From contig NMRA01001018.1 in the NCBI GenBank assembly GCA_002633005.1, forward strand, positions 35,997 through 69,462: a stretch of DNA of 33,466 nt, written 5' to 3'. The notes beneath the pieces were generated by a model. That model saw nothing but the letters and a program-made list of their open reading frames with translations, was not told the origin of the DNA and searched no databases. This document shows, one piece after another, positions 10,691 through 22,748 of the stretch. The translations under genes and the position numbers were made by a program. Within the stretch, counting starts at the first letter, position 1. The number at the start of each line of letters is the position of its first letter. Source of the DNA: Phoronis australis (lineage: Eukaryota; Animalia; Phoronida).

Positions 10691-10830
10691 GGGATCTAGC
10701 TACACTACTAGAGCGTTAGACTGCAGCTGTAGGGGTCACAGGTTTGATTCCAAGGTGAGGCTGACGATGTCCCTTTTCTACGCCAGGTTTCACTTAGGCT
10801 GGTTGAAGACCTTGGTTCATGACAGACTCT
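10691..10830 (+). mobile_element. Degenerate tRNA-derived SINE head
   Basis: A-box-like TAGCT...TAGAGCGTTAGACTG and B-box-like GGTTTGATTCC (10741-10751) at tRNA-like spacing; no intact cloverleaf. 3' boundary uncertain. Confidence 0.55.
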
Positions 10831-11251
10831 TAAGTCTCAATTTAGAAAGTTGTGTATTTTTTATGACCTATTTTGTACTAACACTTTTATCAGCCTTAGT
10901 TTTGCATTTTAGGTTTTTTTGCTTTTGGCTCACTTAAAACCAATTAGCAATCAAGTGCATTTAATGCAACTCACTAAAGACCAAGTTGCTGCAACCAAGT
11001 GTGATACAAATAAGGTTATACTTTCTAAGTCGGACTACGTTGGTAGCTATAGCTTAATTAGTAACTACGCTCACTGGATGACTGAACGACCCTGTGAATG
11101 GAATGAAGCTCTGGCTTTGCATATTCCCTTCAGGAAAAATTGACACAAGGGTCATTGTCTGATATCTCCAATGTTCAACATCTTACTGCAGTTACTCTCA
11201 AATGCAATGGAAACTAGGCTGGTATAGTTGTCATCTCTTGAAAGCTAATAG

Positions 11252-12190
11252 TAAGGAAAGCATTCCAGGATGAGCACATAATCACTTTCTTTCCTCGTGT
11301 AATGTTTGGTCTGGTGTTGGGTTGTGGTGAAGATGTGCACATTTAACAGGAATGCAGTGAACTTGTCGATCACAAAACCTATACTAAGGAAAGCATGTCA
11401 GAATGAGTCATTGGTGTCTTCCTGCTGGCAACAGACATCATAAATGGATTGAACGCAGTATGCCTTTTTGGTACTGGCAGCGAGACAGGTTTCACAAGAA
11501 TGCAGCCGACTTGTCTTCCGACTCAATACCATGTTTAGGGAGGGATGACAGGATGGGCACATAATCAGTTTCTTCCTGCTTATAACAGACATCGTAATTG
11601 AAATGGAGGTAGTTTGCTGGTAGAAACTGCTAAAGGCACAAATTTCCCGAGAACCCAGTGTACCCAACGTCTGTTGCAAAGCATTGCTAAGGGAGGGATT
11701 CCTGGATAAATGTCATTTCTTCATGATTACTATAAATGTTATGGAGTGGAGATAGCTTGTAGGTACAGGTGAAGATGTGCAAAGTTTACGAGGCATCGCA
11801 TTCTCGCCGTCCATCATGAACCTATCCTAAGGTAGGGATACCTGGAAAAATGTAATCTGTTGGATCCTTAGCGAGGACGTCATTAGTGGATAAGTCAGTT
11901 TGCTGGTAGGTACTGTTGAAGATGTACTGCCTTTGTGGGAATCTGGCATTTACGTCATTTGTCACAAAGCAAATCCGAGGGAGAGGTGCCAGGATAACCA
12001 TATACTGTATCAGCTTTGTCCAGCTTGTAACAAACTTTATGAATGAAGTTGGTTAAGTTCTGTTGAAGATGCTCACACGATCCAGGTTAAGCCTTGTCTG
12101 TGACAGGCTAATACTGAGGGAGAGATATCTGGATAAACATGCAAGGGATTTATACCTTATAATGGAGGTAGTTCACTGGTAGGTATCACA
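11252..12190. repeat. Highly diverged tandem array, 7 units of 133-153 bp
   Basis: 20-mer anchor TAAGG(G/A)AGGGATTCC(A/T)GGAT-like at 11252, 11385, 11535, 11688, 11828, 11976, 12115; second motif AATGGAGGTAGTTTGCTGGTAGGTACTG..GAAGATG between anchors. Confidence 0.75.
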
Positions 12191-13337
12191 TCTGTTCGTT
12201 GGTTTTTGTATATTTGTAGATAGTTAAGAATGGTCTGAAGCTTTTGTTTCATTATATTATTGGTCTATGATTTCTTTGTTGCACAGAACATTAGGTAGCA
12301 CTTCATTACAAGGTGGAATATTTGTGTGTTGTACACAACTTGAGGTATCACTTTATTACAAGTTGGTATTTTTGCTTGCAATGAAACGGGGAAGGTTATC
12401 TAAGTTACTTTCTGAACAGGAAATTGCATACTACGTAATTGAGCTTTGAACCATTTTATCATTCTTTCAAGTATAGAACCACTTGGCAAGTAGATTCAGT
12501 GGCTTGGGATTTTTCAGGTTAATGTAATACTATTATTGACTGTTACCGAGGTCAATATGTTCGTTTTCAGATGCCAAAAATGTGATAATGACTGAAGTGG
12601 AGTGACGTCAGAATCCAGATGACAAATGAGTTTGAAAGATTTCAATAACATGCTGGTGGTGCATTGGTAAAGTTATGGTTTCTTAACAAGATGATCTCTG
12701 GATTGAAAGGTGACTAGATCTGCATTACTATTTTTTGAAAGGAATTAAAATTGCGTTATGACAGCAGCAATCTATATGAATGTACAACCAGTCAGTATAT
12801 GGAGTTGTTTTATTGTTTGTACAGATGCGAACATTTAAACTCATCATCAGTCCATGTGTATTATTGGCTGCTCTGACTTTCATATTAACCTTTGCTAAGG
12901 TGACAGTTTCAATTCTTCATGAAAACTTTTTGTGAAGTATTTGAGGTCTTATTATGATTCAATCTTCCTGTTCACAAGCCACTACATTACTGAATCACCA
13001 TTAGATTGCTGAACTTGAAGTCGTTTTATGTCATCCAGAGTCTGACGTCTCATTCGTTTTTCAATAATTCTTAAGTATAAGCTACTCATTGAAAGCAAAG
13101 CTACACAAAAGGCATCGCAGTTCCACATTACACTATTGTTTAAAAGGTGTTTTCCATAGGCACTTGCATTGAACATGCTGACTGCCAGTTTGTGATGGCA
13201 TGGTTGTAACTAAATGATGGTTGTTTTGCATTAAAAACTACGATTGTTCCGTTATCAATTCATAACATATTAAAAGTTTTTTCGAAATTCATTTTTGGTT
13301 AATGAAAAACATTCAAAAGCTTAAACTTAGCCTCTAT

Positions 13338-13757
13338 AGTGTCGTTTACACTTAAAAGTTGACACGGATCAGCTGACACGGAACAAGTTGTTTCAGTGTG
13401 TAAACGGACTGCCACGGAGCATATTGACACCGCAGTGACAGATTTTTGTCACCCGTTCGTGAGGTAGAGCAATTTGCGCCCGAACATCTTGTGCCGTGTC
13501 AATTATAAATCTAAACACAAAACTGGAACAAGGCGGAAAGAGTCATCTCTACTGCGCTTGTGTAATGACCTTCATACGGGTTCTTTGTCTCTGCACCTCT
13601 CGTCATTTGTAAACCTGCGCATGTGCAATCCAGTCTCTCCAGCCTGCAATTTCCGTCTTGCCACGGTTAGTGAGTTGTGTGTAAACAGCCGCTTGACAAA
13701 GGTCAATTTGCTCCGTGTCAGTTGTTCCAGGCCAAAAGTTGATGTCTAAACGGGGCT
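13338..13757. mobile_element. PIF/Harbinger-like MITE (degenerate)
   Basis: Left AGTGTCGTTTACAC...GGATCAGCTGACACGGAACAAGTTG versus reverse complement of right AGCCCCGTTTAGAC...GGAACAACTGACACGGAGCAAATTG; internal GTGTAAAC half-sites. TSD not intact. Confidence 0.6.
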
Positions 13758-14096
13758 TCTGTCTATGAAGTACTTATATAACAAGAAAATTGTTGACTTT
13801 CACTTTCGGTCAATATGTTGGTTTCAGACCCCAAAAACTGCATATTGATCCTGGCTCCGCCTCAGTAATTATCACCTTTCTAGGGTGTGAAAACCATGAA
13901 CTTCAGGTTTATTTAAGACTTCAATGAATGACCTCAACTCTTAAGTCATATATCTGAAAAAGTATGATTTGTCAACCATTAAAAGTACAGATTTTCTGAA
14001 AGGAAAAAGATAGAAGGTTCTAAAAATGCTTCTTACTACTATGTCTTTTTTTATATTGTTACGGGACATTTTTAAGTCAAATTTTCATGTTCACTA

Positions 14097-14404
14097 GAAA
14101 GTTACATTCATAGCAAAATAAGAACCCCCAGTTGATTTTACTTAATAACATTCTTAATGGAAAACTACATTATGTCTCAAAAATGTTGGGATTTCGAAGC
14201 CTAGTTTTTGCGTTCTGAGCAGTGTACAAATAAGACTATTTTTTTACAAAAATGCCTCGTTTTGAGAGTTGAATTGGCATAAAACCTAAACTGAGTGAAT
14301 AATCAAAAATTCCCCACAGCGTTTTTGAGACAACGCAAATTTTCATTTAAAAAATTTTAGTAAAAAAAGCTGGGGGTTATTTTGCTATTAATATATTAAC
14401 CTTC
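14097..14404. repeat. Foldback inverted repeat (MITE-like core), arms ~100 bp
   Basis: ATAGCAAAATAAGAACCCCCAG...TGTCTCAAAAA pairs with TTTTTGAGACA...CTGGGGGTTATTTTGCTAT. Confidence 0.65.
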
Positions 14405-15039
14405 TTTACGTATACTTTGTCCAAATCCTGTAATAAGCCATTTTTGTGTCTAATTGTTTTTATCAACCAAGCATTAATAAAAACGCTTTTCTTAGCAAAT
14501 TTATTATTTCAAAGATATGTTACTATGTCAACACATTTGATGTTAATAAACTTCAACTTTTTGTCATTGATATTTTTATATGCCCGTCTAACAACGGTAC
14601 TGTGGTATAGTCCGGCGTCTTTCTGAATTAAGCTCATCACTTTAGCATCTGATATGACATTTTGATCAAATTGTGCTTGCCATCTTGTATATTTGATAGC
14701 TCAGAACCTTTCAGTATATAGTACTTCCTTACAAAAATTATGACCTTTATCGGCTTCTTTGCGCAGTGAAGATAGCCATCGCTCAAGGTCACGTAATTTT
14801 GAGTGCACTTTGATTAAGCATACTTGTTAATAATTGCCTGGACCCTTTTATGTTCAGCCCTCCATTATGTGGCCACATATGTACATATGCAGGTGTATAT
14901 TGCCATTCTCTATCTGGACATCCACCATCCATTGCTGAATCTCCAAATCTAATGACTTTTGGATTGATCCGAGTACTGCTGTGCTGCTTGGTGGCAGTAT
15001 CAGTATTTTATGTTTGCCTCTCATCTTGGATTTCTTTAA

Positions 15040-15870
15040 AGGATTTTCATATTTGGCACACCTAGTGGCCATTTTTTATAATTTACAAGCCTGTTTTGTT
15101 TTTTTTTGGCATACGCCAAACCCTTCGAAGGATCATGAAAATTGGCAATTATGTTCCTGCCAAGAATTCCACATGGAATGGTAATTTTCAGACAGATCGA
15201 ATTTCTGAGCACCCCATAATTGTAATTTTTGTGTCCACCACTGTATCTTTACCTCTGTATGTTCAGTTTCTGTACAGAATTTCATGAAAAATGGCAAATA
15301 GGTTTCTGTTGAGGAGACGTACACGCCTTTCTATCGAGGATAGATTAGATGTATTCGGTGCCACCACTGTTGTTGAGTTAACCTCTTTCTCTGTCAAAAT
15401 GCTCAAAATATTAAGAAAATAGGCAGGCAGATGTTTTCCTGTTGACAACAGTGTGACTGCCATTGATGTTTGGACAGGTCTAACTACATTGGGTCCCCTA
15501 GTGGCAACTTATTTTTTTGCATCCAGAATTGTATATGGACTCTTATGACAACTTCTTTTGGAAAAATGCCACTGCCTTGTAGTGGCTATTTTATTGTTTT
15601 TCCTTTTGTCTCTGTATTATCATTATCTTAAGAGGAACCTAGTTGACAAATTTCACCACAATCTGTCTAGGAACTCAGAAGATTGAGAGGGACACGTAAA
15701 CAAAATAAAAATGACCCTTGTGAACAACAGTAGGGTGATCAAGTAAAGGTAAAAAATAAAATTTTCTTTAGGGGGCACAATGGTAGTTTGATCACTCCAA
15801 AACTCATCGCCATCAGTAAGCTTCATAGTAACACACCTGCCAAATCTTACTGAGATCCTGAAAGGAGTTT
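15040..15870. repeat. Second copy of the GAAATTTGGCAG/CCTAGTGGC interspersed family (duplicated at ~18020-18850)
   Basis: CACCTAGTGGCC, TTTCATGAAAAATGGCAAATAGGTTTCTG and CCCTAGTGGCAA are shared with 1490-2110. Confidence 0.55.
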
Positions 15871-16057
15871 AAGACGCCCTGACAAAGAGGATTGCACTAT
15901 GTAACACACTACTATATGTGGGCATAGTTTTTTATCCACACCAAGGTAGCCTAGCAATTACCTTGATGCACTAATATTGTATTAGTTTGAACATGGGAAC
16001 TGTAAAATGTTTTGCGCAATGCGAGAGAAAACGATGCAGTGGCTTATTTATTTAACA

Positions 16058-16159
16058 TCACAATTTGAAACCAGAATGAATTGCTGCCACTCCAAATGTC
16101 AAATTCTCATAATGAACAGCGGAAAAACCAGCACCACGAATCATCGCCGCAAAATCCTC
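16058..16159 (-). CDS. COQ5: COQ5 last coding exon, duplicate copy (probable other allele)
   Basis: ttttgcag|GAG; [33 protein letters not shown] then TGA; one amino-acid difference (G versus A) from 19039-19140. Confidence 0.88.
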   Translation of the reverse strand, partial: EDFAAMIRGAGFSAVHYENLTFGVAAIHSGFKL

Positions 16160-19027
16160 CTGCAAAACAAAATGAAAGGGTATTAGATGGCAAATACATC
16201 ATGAATCAAACAGCACATTGTAATAGTATAAGAGGGAAAATACATGATAAACCTAACACCAGTTAGACTTGCATTTAAAGAAGAACATGCTTCTGCAGTT
16301 CTTTGAATGGAGGTATTAAGAGGAAGATTTCCACATTTAATGACTTGACAGGAAATACAGTAGTCCGTACATCATGTCAAATGTATTGACTTGCAACCCT
16401 ATTAGAGATGTAGGGTTGGTCTGCTGACTGGACATGCAGTTGAATGTGAGAAATGAATGGATAACTCATTTTATTGCTTCAATTAAATGGAGATTTTATA
16501 CTAAAAATGCTATTTAAATTGAGACACCCTGGCAACAGAATCTGAAAATGAAGTCAATTTTAACTCTAAAACTGTACCATATTAGTATGCTGTCTCAGAA
16601 AACAAAATCAAAACCAAGGCACTCGTCCAGCAAAGCNNNNNNNNNNNNNNNNNNNNNNNNNNNNNNNNNNNNNNNNNNNNNNNNNNNNNNNNNNNNNNNN
16701 NNNNNNNNNNNNNNNNNNNNNNNNNNNNNNNNNNNNNNNNNNNNNNNNNNNNNNNNNNNNNNNNNNNNNNNNNNNNNNNNNNNNNNNNNNNNNNNNNNNN
16801 NNNNNNNNNNNNNNNNNNNNNNNNNNNNNNNNNNNNNNNNNNNNNNNNNNNNNNNNNNNNNNNNNNNNNNNNNNNNNNNNNNNNNNNNNNNNNNNNNNNN
16901 NNNNNNNNNNNNNNNNNNNNNNNNNNNNNNNNNNNNNNNNNNNNNNNNNNNNNNNNNNNNNNNNNNNNNNNNNNNNNNNNNNNNNNNNNNNNNNNNNNNN
17001 NNNNNNNNNNNNNNNNNNNNNNNNNNNNNNNNNNNNNNNNNNNNNNNNNNNNNNNNNNNNNNNNNNNNNNNNNNNNNNNNNNNNNNNNNNNNNNNNNNNN
17101 NNNNNNNNNNNNNNNNNNNNNNNNNNNNNNNNNNNNNNNNNNNNNNNNNNNNNNNNNNNNNNNNNNNNNNNNNNNNNNNNNNNNNNNNNNNNNNNNNNNN
17201 NNNNNNNNNNNNNNNNNNNNNNNNNNNNNNNNNNNNNNNNNNNNNNNNNNNNNNNNNNNNNNNNNNNNNNNNNNNNNNNNNNNNNNNNNNNNNNNNNNNN
17301 NNNNNNNNNNNNNNNNNNNNNNNNNNNNNNNNNNNNNNNNNNNNNNNNNNNNNNNNNNNNNNNNNNNNNNNNNNNNNNNNNNNNNNNNNNNNNNNNNNNN
17401 NNNNNNNNNNNNNNNNNNNNNNNNNNNNNNNNNNNNNNNNNNNNNNNNNNNNNNNNNNNNNNNNNNNNNNNNNNNNNNNNNNNNNNNNNCAAAGATATGT
17501 TACTATGTCAACACATTTGATGTTAATAAACTTCAACTTTTTGTCATTGATATTTTTATATGCCCGTCTAACAACGGTACTGTGGTATAGTCCGGCGTCT
17601 TTCTGAATTAAGCTCATCACTTTAGCATCTGATATGACATTTTGATCAAATTGTGCTTGCCGTCTTGTATATTTGATAGCTCAGAACCTTTCAGTATATA
17701 GTACTTCCTTACAAAAATTATGACCTTTATCGGCTTCTTTGCGCAGTGAAGATAGCCATCGCTCAAGGTCACGTAATTTTGAGTGCACTTTGATTAAGCA
17801 TACTTGTTAATAATTGCCTGGACCCTTTTATGTTCAGCCCTCGATTATGTGGCCACATATGTACATATGCAGGTGTATATTGCCATCCTCTATCTGGACA
17901 TCCACCATCCATTGCTGAATCTCCAAATCTAATGACTTTTGGATTGATCCGAGTAGTGCTGTGCTGCTTGGTGGCAGTATCAGTATTTTATGTTTGCCTC
18001 TCATCTTGGATTTCTTTAAAGGATTTTCATATTTGGCACACCTAGTGGCCATTTTTTATAATTTACAAGCCTGTTTTGTTTTTTTTTTGGCATACGCCAA
18101 ACCCTTCGAAGGATCATGAAAATTGGCAATTATGTTCCTGCCAAGAATTCCACGTGGAATGGTAATTTTCAGACAGATCGAACTTCTGAGCACGCCATAA
18201 TTGTAATTTTTGTGTCCACCACTGTATCTTTACCTCTGTATGTTCAGTTTCTTTACAGAATTTCATGAAAAATGGCAAATAGGTTTCTGTTGAGGAGACG
18301 TACACGCCTTTCTATTGAGGATAGATTAGATGTATTCGGTGCCACCACTGTTGTTGAGTTAACCTCTTTCTCTGCCAAAATGCTCAAAATATTAAGAAAA
18401 TAGGCAGGCAGATGTTTTCCTGTTGACAACAGTGTGACTGCCATTGATGTTTGGACAGGTCTAAGTACATTGGGTCCCCTAGTGGCAACTTATTTTTTTG
18501 CATCCACAATTGTATATGGACTCTTATGACAACTTCTTTTGGAAAAATGCCACTGCCTTGTAGTGGCTATTTTATTGTTTTTCCTTTTGTCTCTGTATTA
18601 TCATTATCTTAAGAGGAACCTAGTTGACAAATTTCACCACAATCTGTCCAGGAACTCAGAAGATTGAGAGGGACACGTAAACAAAATAAAAATGACCCTT
18701 GTGAACAACAGTAGGGTGATCAAGTAAAGGTAAAAAATAAAATTTTCTTTAGGGGGCACAATGGTAGTTTGATCACTCCAAAACTCATCGCCATCAGTCA
18801 GCTTCATAGTAACACACCTGCCAAATCTTACTGAGATCCTGAAAGGAGTTTAAGACGCCCTGACAAAGAGGATTGCACTATGTAACACACTATTATATGT
18901 GGGCATAGTTTTTTATCCACCCCAAGGTAGCCTAGCAATTACCTTGATGCACTAATATTGTATTAGTTTGAACATGGGAACTGTAAAAGGTTTTGCGCAA
19001 TGCGAGAGAAAACGATGCAGTGGCTTA

Positions 19028-19033
19028 TTTATT
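19028..19033 (-). terminator. Candidate COQ5 polyadenylation signal AATAAA
   Basis: AATAAA on the minus strand 5 nt after the stop codon; also in the duplicate at 16047-16052. Usage unproven. Confidence 0.35.
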
Positions 19034-19038
19034 TAACA

Positions 19039-19140
19039 TCACAATTTGAAACCAGAATGAATTGCTGCCACTCCAAATGTCAAATTCTCATAATGAACAG
19101 CGGAAAAACCAGCAGCACGAATCATCGCAGCAAAATCCTC
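19039..19140 (-). CDS. COQ5: COQ5 last coding exon
   Basis: [33 protein letters not shown] then TGA; the AIHSGFKL C-terminus is typical of eukaryotic COQ5; phase-0 acceptor matches the upstream exon. Confidence 0.95.
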   Translation of the reverse strand, partial: EDFAAMIRAAGFSAVHYENLTFGVAAIHSGFKL

Positions 19141-19750
19141 CTGCAAAACAAAATGAAAGGGTATTAGATGGCAAATACATCATGAATCAAACAGCACATT
19201 GTAATAGAGGGAAAATACATGATAAACCTAACACCAGTTAGACTTGCATTTAGAGAAGAACATGCTTCTGCAGTTCTTTGAATGGAGGTATTAAGAGGAA
19301 GATTTCCACTTTTAATGACTTGACAGGAAATACAGTAGTCCGTACATCATGTCAAATGTATTGACTTGCAACCCTATTAGAGATGTAGGGTTGGTCTGCT
19401 GACTGGACATGCAGTTGAATGTGAGAAATGAATGGATAACATTCAGCTAGAAATCCTGTGCATCTGAACTCATTTTATTGCTTCAATTAAATGGAGATTT
19501 TATACTAAAAATGCTATTTAAATTGAGACACCCTGGCAACAGAATCTGAAAATGAAGTCAATTTTAACTCTAAAACTGTACCATATCAGTATGCTGTCTC
19601 AGAAAACAAAATCAAAACCAAGGCACTCGTCCAGCAAAGCCAGCTACACTGGCAAAATAATGAGTAGACTGAAGGAGAATGCCACCCGATTTAATTAGTC
19701 TTATTTACCGTCTTAATCAGTCTATATCCACATCGCCTCTTAATCAAGAA

Positions 19751-19940
19751 CATGCTCTCGTCTTTAATCATTTAATGAGCTGAGCATGCACTCAGAGAAC
19801 TGGCAATCTGTTTATAGAGACCATGCTCTCACATTTAGACATTTTATGAGCTGAATAAGCAGTCAAAGAACTGGCAATCTTTATAGAGACCATGCTCTCA
19901 CATTTAGTCATTTTATGAGCTGAATAAGCAGTCAAAGAAC
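19751..19940 (+). repeat. ~70-bp tandem repeat, ~2.7 copies
   Basis: CATGCTCTC...CATTT(T/A)ATGAGCTGA...AGAACTGGCAATCT units start at 19751, 19822, 19891. Confidence 0.85.
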
Positions 19941-20095
19941 AACCCAGAAATCAGTTCTCATCTGAGTAAGAAAAGAGTTAAGGACCAGTTTTACAGTGAG
20001 ATGTGGTCTGAATAAAAAAATTGTTACTTTGACAATACGCGTGTTTATACATAAAATAAGTGTTAAAAGTGGCAAGCAAAAGCAGCTCTAAGTTA

Positions 20096-20311
<216 letters not shown>

Positions 20312-21459
20312 CTAAACATCTTGTAGTGGCACAAGCTTGCTGCAAAAAGTTCATGTGGTGACTTGCAATAAATTTTATGCAGTGTCTTACATGACAGCAT
20401 TTCCAATGTATTATATTCGTAATGCACTGAAGTAGGTTTGAGTTTCAAGAGCACATAAAATCTTCAGCGCCTGTTGAAATTATACAAAAACTACGTTCAA
20501 ATCAATTCATAAACTGATACAATTCCATTAGGTACTGTTTGACGTAAAATTAATGCGGGAGTTAGAAAGACGGATATTTGGCACTTCAAATTTAACTACG
20601 TTTTGTGAAAAATAATGTGCATTTTAGCAGACACGATCTTTCTGAAATGGCCAATAGGTGTTGAACATTGAACATTTAACATTCATTGGAAGAGACATTT
20701 GCACCGTAAGTAAAATTTCATGAAAATATGTACATGGTGCACGAAGATCATAGAAAAAATTGGCCAATGAGGGTGCTGAATTAGTTGCACACAGAAGCCC
20801 TTGACAACATGTTAAAGTTAGAACAGCAATACAGAGTCTTGATATGTGACAACCACGTGCATCATACACAGAAGAGATACAAGGGATGATTAATACTTCA
20901 AATATTCCCAGTATGGAAGCAATACTAATAAACTTAAAGTAGACTCCAAGTGTACATACGTAATTTAGAGACAACTTTAAAACTTGTTTGGGGTCAGAAA
21001 AATTATAGAATAGCTGGAAAAGTCATTGATCCAGGATTATGACAGAAGCATTTGTAGAATGAACCAGGATTATGACAGAATGATCCACTAGGCTTCTTGC
21101 ATAAAGGTACTGAAACTTAATGAAATCTGTAGAACAGTAAATGCAAAACATATTTGTGGATATATCTGGAATGAAACATTTTGGAAAAATTGAGACGTTT
21201 TGGTGTCTCAGAAATGATTATTGTAGTGGATTTCACAGAATTCGTTTCATAACGGATCGCGTTGTTTGGACCCTGTGCTCTCCTGGTATGCAGGTCTACA
21301 CATTTCTATGCTGCATGACCTATGATTTTCGCATAAGACAGCTGAGTGTGTACATTTTTCCTATGTGTCAGATGACCAAATGTCCACTAAGACAGGCTAA
21401 AGGTTGGATGCTATTTCTCAATGGTAGTTAATTGCTGAACTGAAGCAGCTATGATTGGG

Positions 21460-21790
21460 CTGAAACACGTCATCATCTGATGACAACTGCAGAGGAACAC
21501 AACTGCCAAATTTCAAAGTTCCCGCAAAAGGATTAAGGAGACATAGCTATGGATGCAAAAAACAACAAAATCCCCACTAGGGAGCACCAGAGTAGTCTGA
21601 ATGTCAGCATCACTTGCCGTCTTCATCAGAAACACACCTGTCAATTTCATGATTGTTCAAGAGGTTTGGCAGATAGAAAGGTGGCTCGAAAATTTGAAAA
21701 ATGGCCATGGTACCGTCACCTCCATAATAGAAACCTTTTTGCCAAATTTCAGGAAAATCCTTTGATTCAAGAATTACAAAGATACAGAGG
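21460..21790. repeat. Reverse-orientation copy of the GAAATTTGGCAG/CCTAGTGG interspersed family
   Basis: CTGCCAAATTTC, CCCACTAGGG and AATAGAAACCTTTTTGCCAAATTTCAGGAAAAT are reverse complements of motifs at 1490-2110. Confidence 0.55.
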
Positions 21791-22014
21791 CTACCATAAA
21801 AACTAATTTGCTCACATTCCCGATCACCGAAGTCGGGAAACTCACCCCACAGCCCTGGAGCGCAACGGATTGTAAAACTCTTTGAGTTATTGGGAATAAA
21901 TGAATGCTCTGATTCTTGCTAACAAAACAGCATGGCTGCCACACTAAGAAACATAGATCCTTCAGTTATAAACACAGCCCAATGGTTCAATATGCTAATT
22001 TCATGGAGTTACAT

Positions 22015-22170
22015 AATACATGGCTCAATGACTAACAAATACAGCTCACCAACCACCAAACATGGCTAGCCGACCACCAAACATGGCTCACTGATCACCA
22101 AACATGGCTCACCTTCCACTAAACACAGCTCTGCGACAACCAAACACTGGCTCACCAGGTGACAAACACC
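22015..22170 (+). repeat. Degenerate ~21-bp minisatellite (ACATGGCTCACCAACCACCAA-like)
   Basis: Repeated CCAAACATGGCT / ACAGCTC units. Confidence 0.7.
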
Positions 22171-22662
22171 ATATCGGACTCTCAAAACAAATCCTGTGCA
22201 TGCTGATTCACAAATGCAGTTCACTGATTCCGTGTATCTGCTTAGCAGTTAGTTAGCACTGTTGGCATAGATTGCCATGCTGAACATTGCACGGGGAACA
22301 ATTAAACCTCGAAGAATAATTCAGAAGCCCTTGCATCAACCAGAGTGTGACAGGTAAGCCATCAACCGAGATTTTTTTAAAAACACAAAAAAGAAGACTT
22401 TCAATACGGATTTGGTAAAACTGCCTCGCTGTTGCTTGATAACGTCATTAAACTGTAATCATCATTGCAAATGAATTCCAGTATTAACTACGTCAAGAAT
22501 GGGAACATACCCAAGTCGCTGACTGGCGCATTAGGCAATGAATGGTTAACTTGCCAAAAGATGTGCTTGCCAGTGAAAGATATAAAGTGAATGAGCTATG
22601 TTTGTGTGTGCGGCAGCTTCGTGATCCCAACGTAACCCTAACAGGGTATATTAACAAATTAC

Positions 22663-22748
22663 CTTTTCAGCAATGGGTGCACTTGGCTGAACTCTAGGCA
22701 CATGAACCTTCCACCTGGCTTTAAAACTCTAAACCCTTCTGCAACCAC
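22663..22748 (-). CDS. COQ5: COQ5 internal exon
   Basis: ggtag|GTG ... AAAG|gtaatt; VVAEGFRVLKPGGRFMCLEFSQVHPLLK contains methyltransferase motif III RVLKPGG. Confidence 0.96.

Larger units (their letters stand above)
14510..19640 (+). repeat. Near-identical ~2.1-kb duplication (14510-16636 / 17490-19640) flanking an N gap; duplicates the last COQ5 exon
   Basis: Copy 2 starts at the gap end and copy 1 ends at the gap start; differences are SNPs, a 6-bp indel near 16227 and a 29-bp indel at 19441-19469. Confidence 0.9.

Noticed and set aside
10691-10765. Functional tRNA gene
   Set aside because: The B box is degenerate and no acceptor stem or full cloverleaf could be formed; treated as a SINE head.
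11398-11679. 93-aa minus-strand ORF as a repeat-protein exon
   Set aside because: Array spacings break frame, in-frame stops flank it and no domain is recognisable.
12982-13176. Possible LINE reverse-transcriptase remnant (VALLSMSSLYLRIIEKRMRR)
   Set aside because: Only a faint resemblance to the ISLL...KI..RI...RL motif, with no further RT motifs; a translated HMM search would be needed.
16548-17620. Long ORFs of 294-352 aa
   Set aside because: They consist almost entirely of N-gap translation.
16058-19140. Genuine alternative COQ5 terminal exons
   Set aside because: The copies end and start exactly at the gap edges, the signature of a haplotype overlap.
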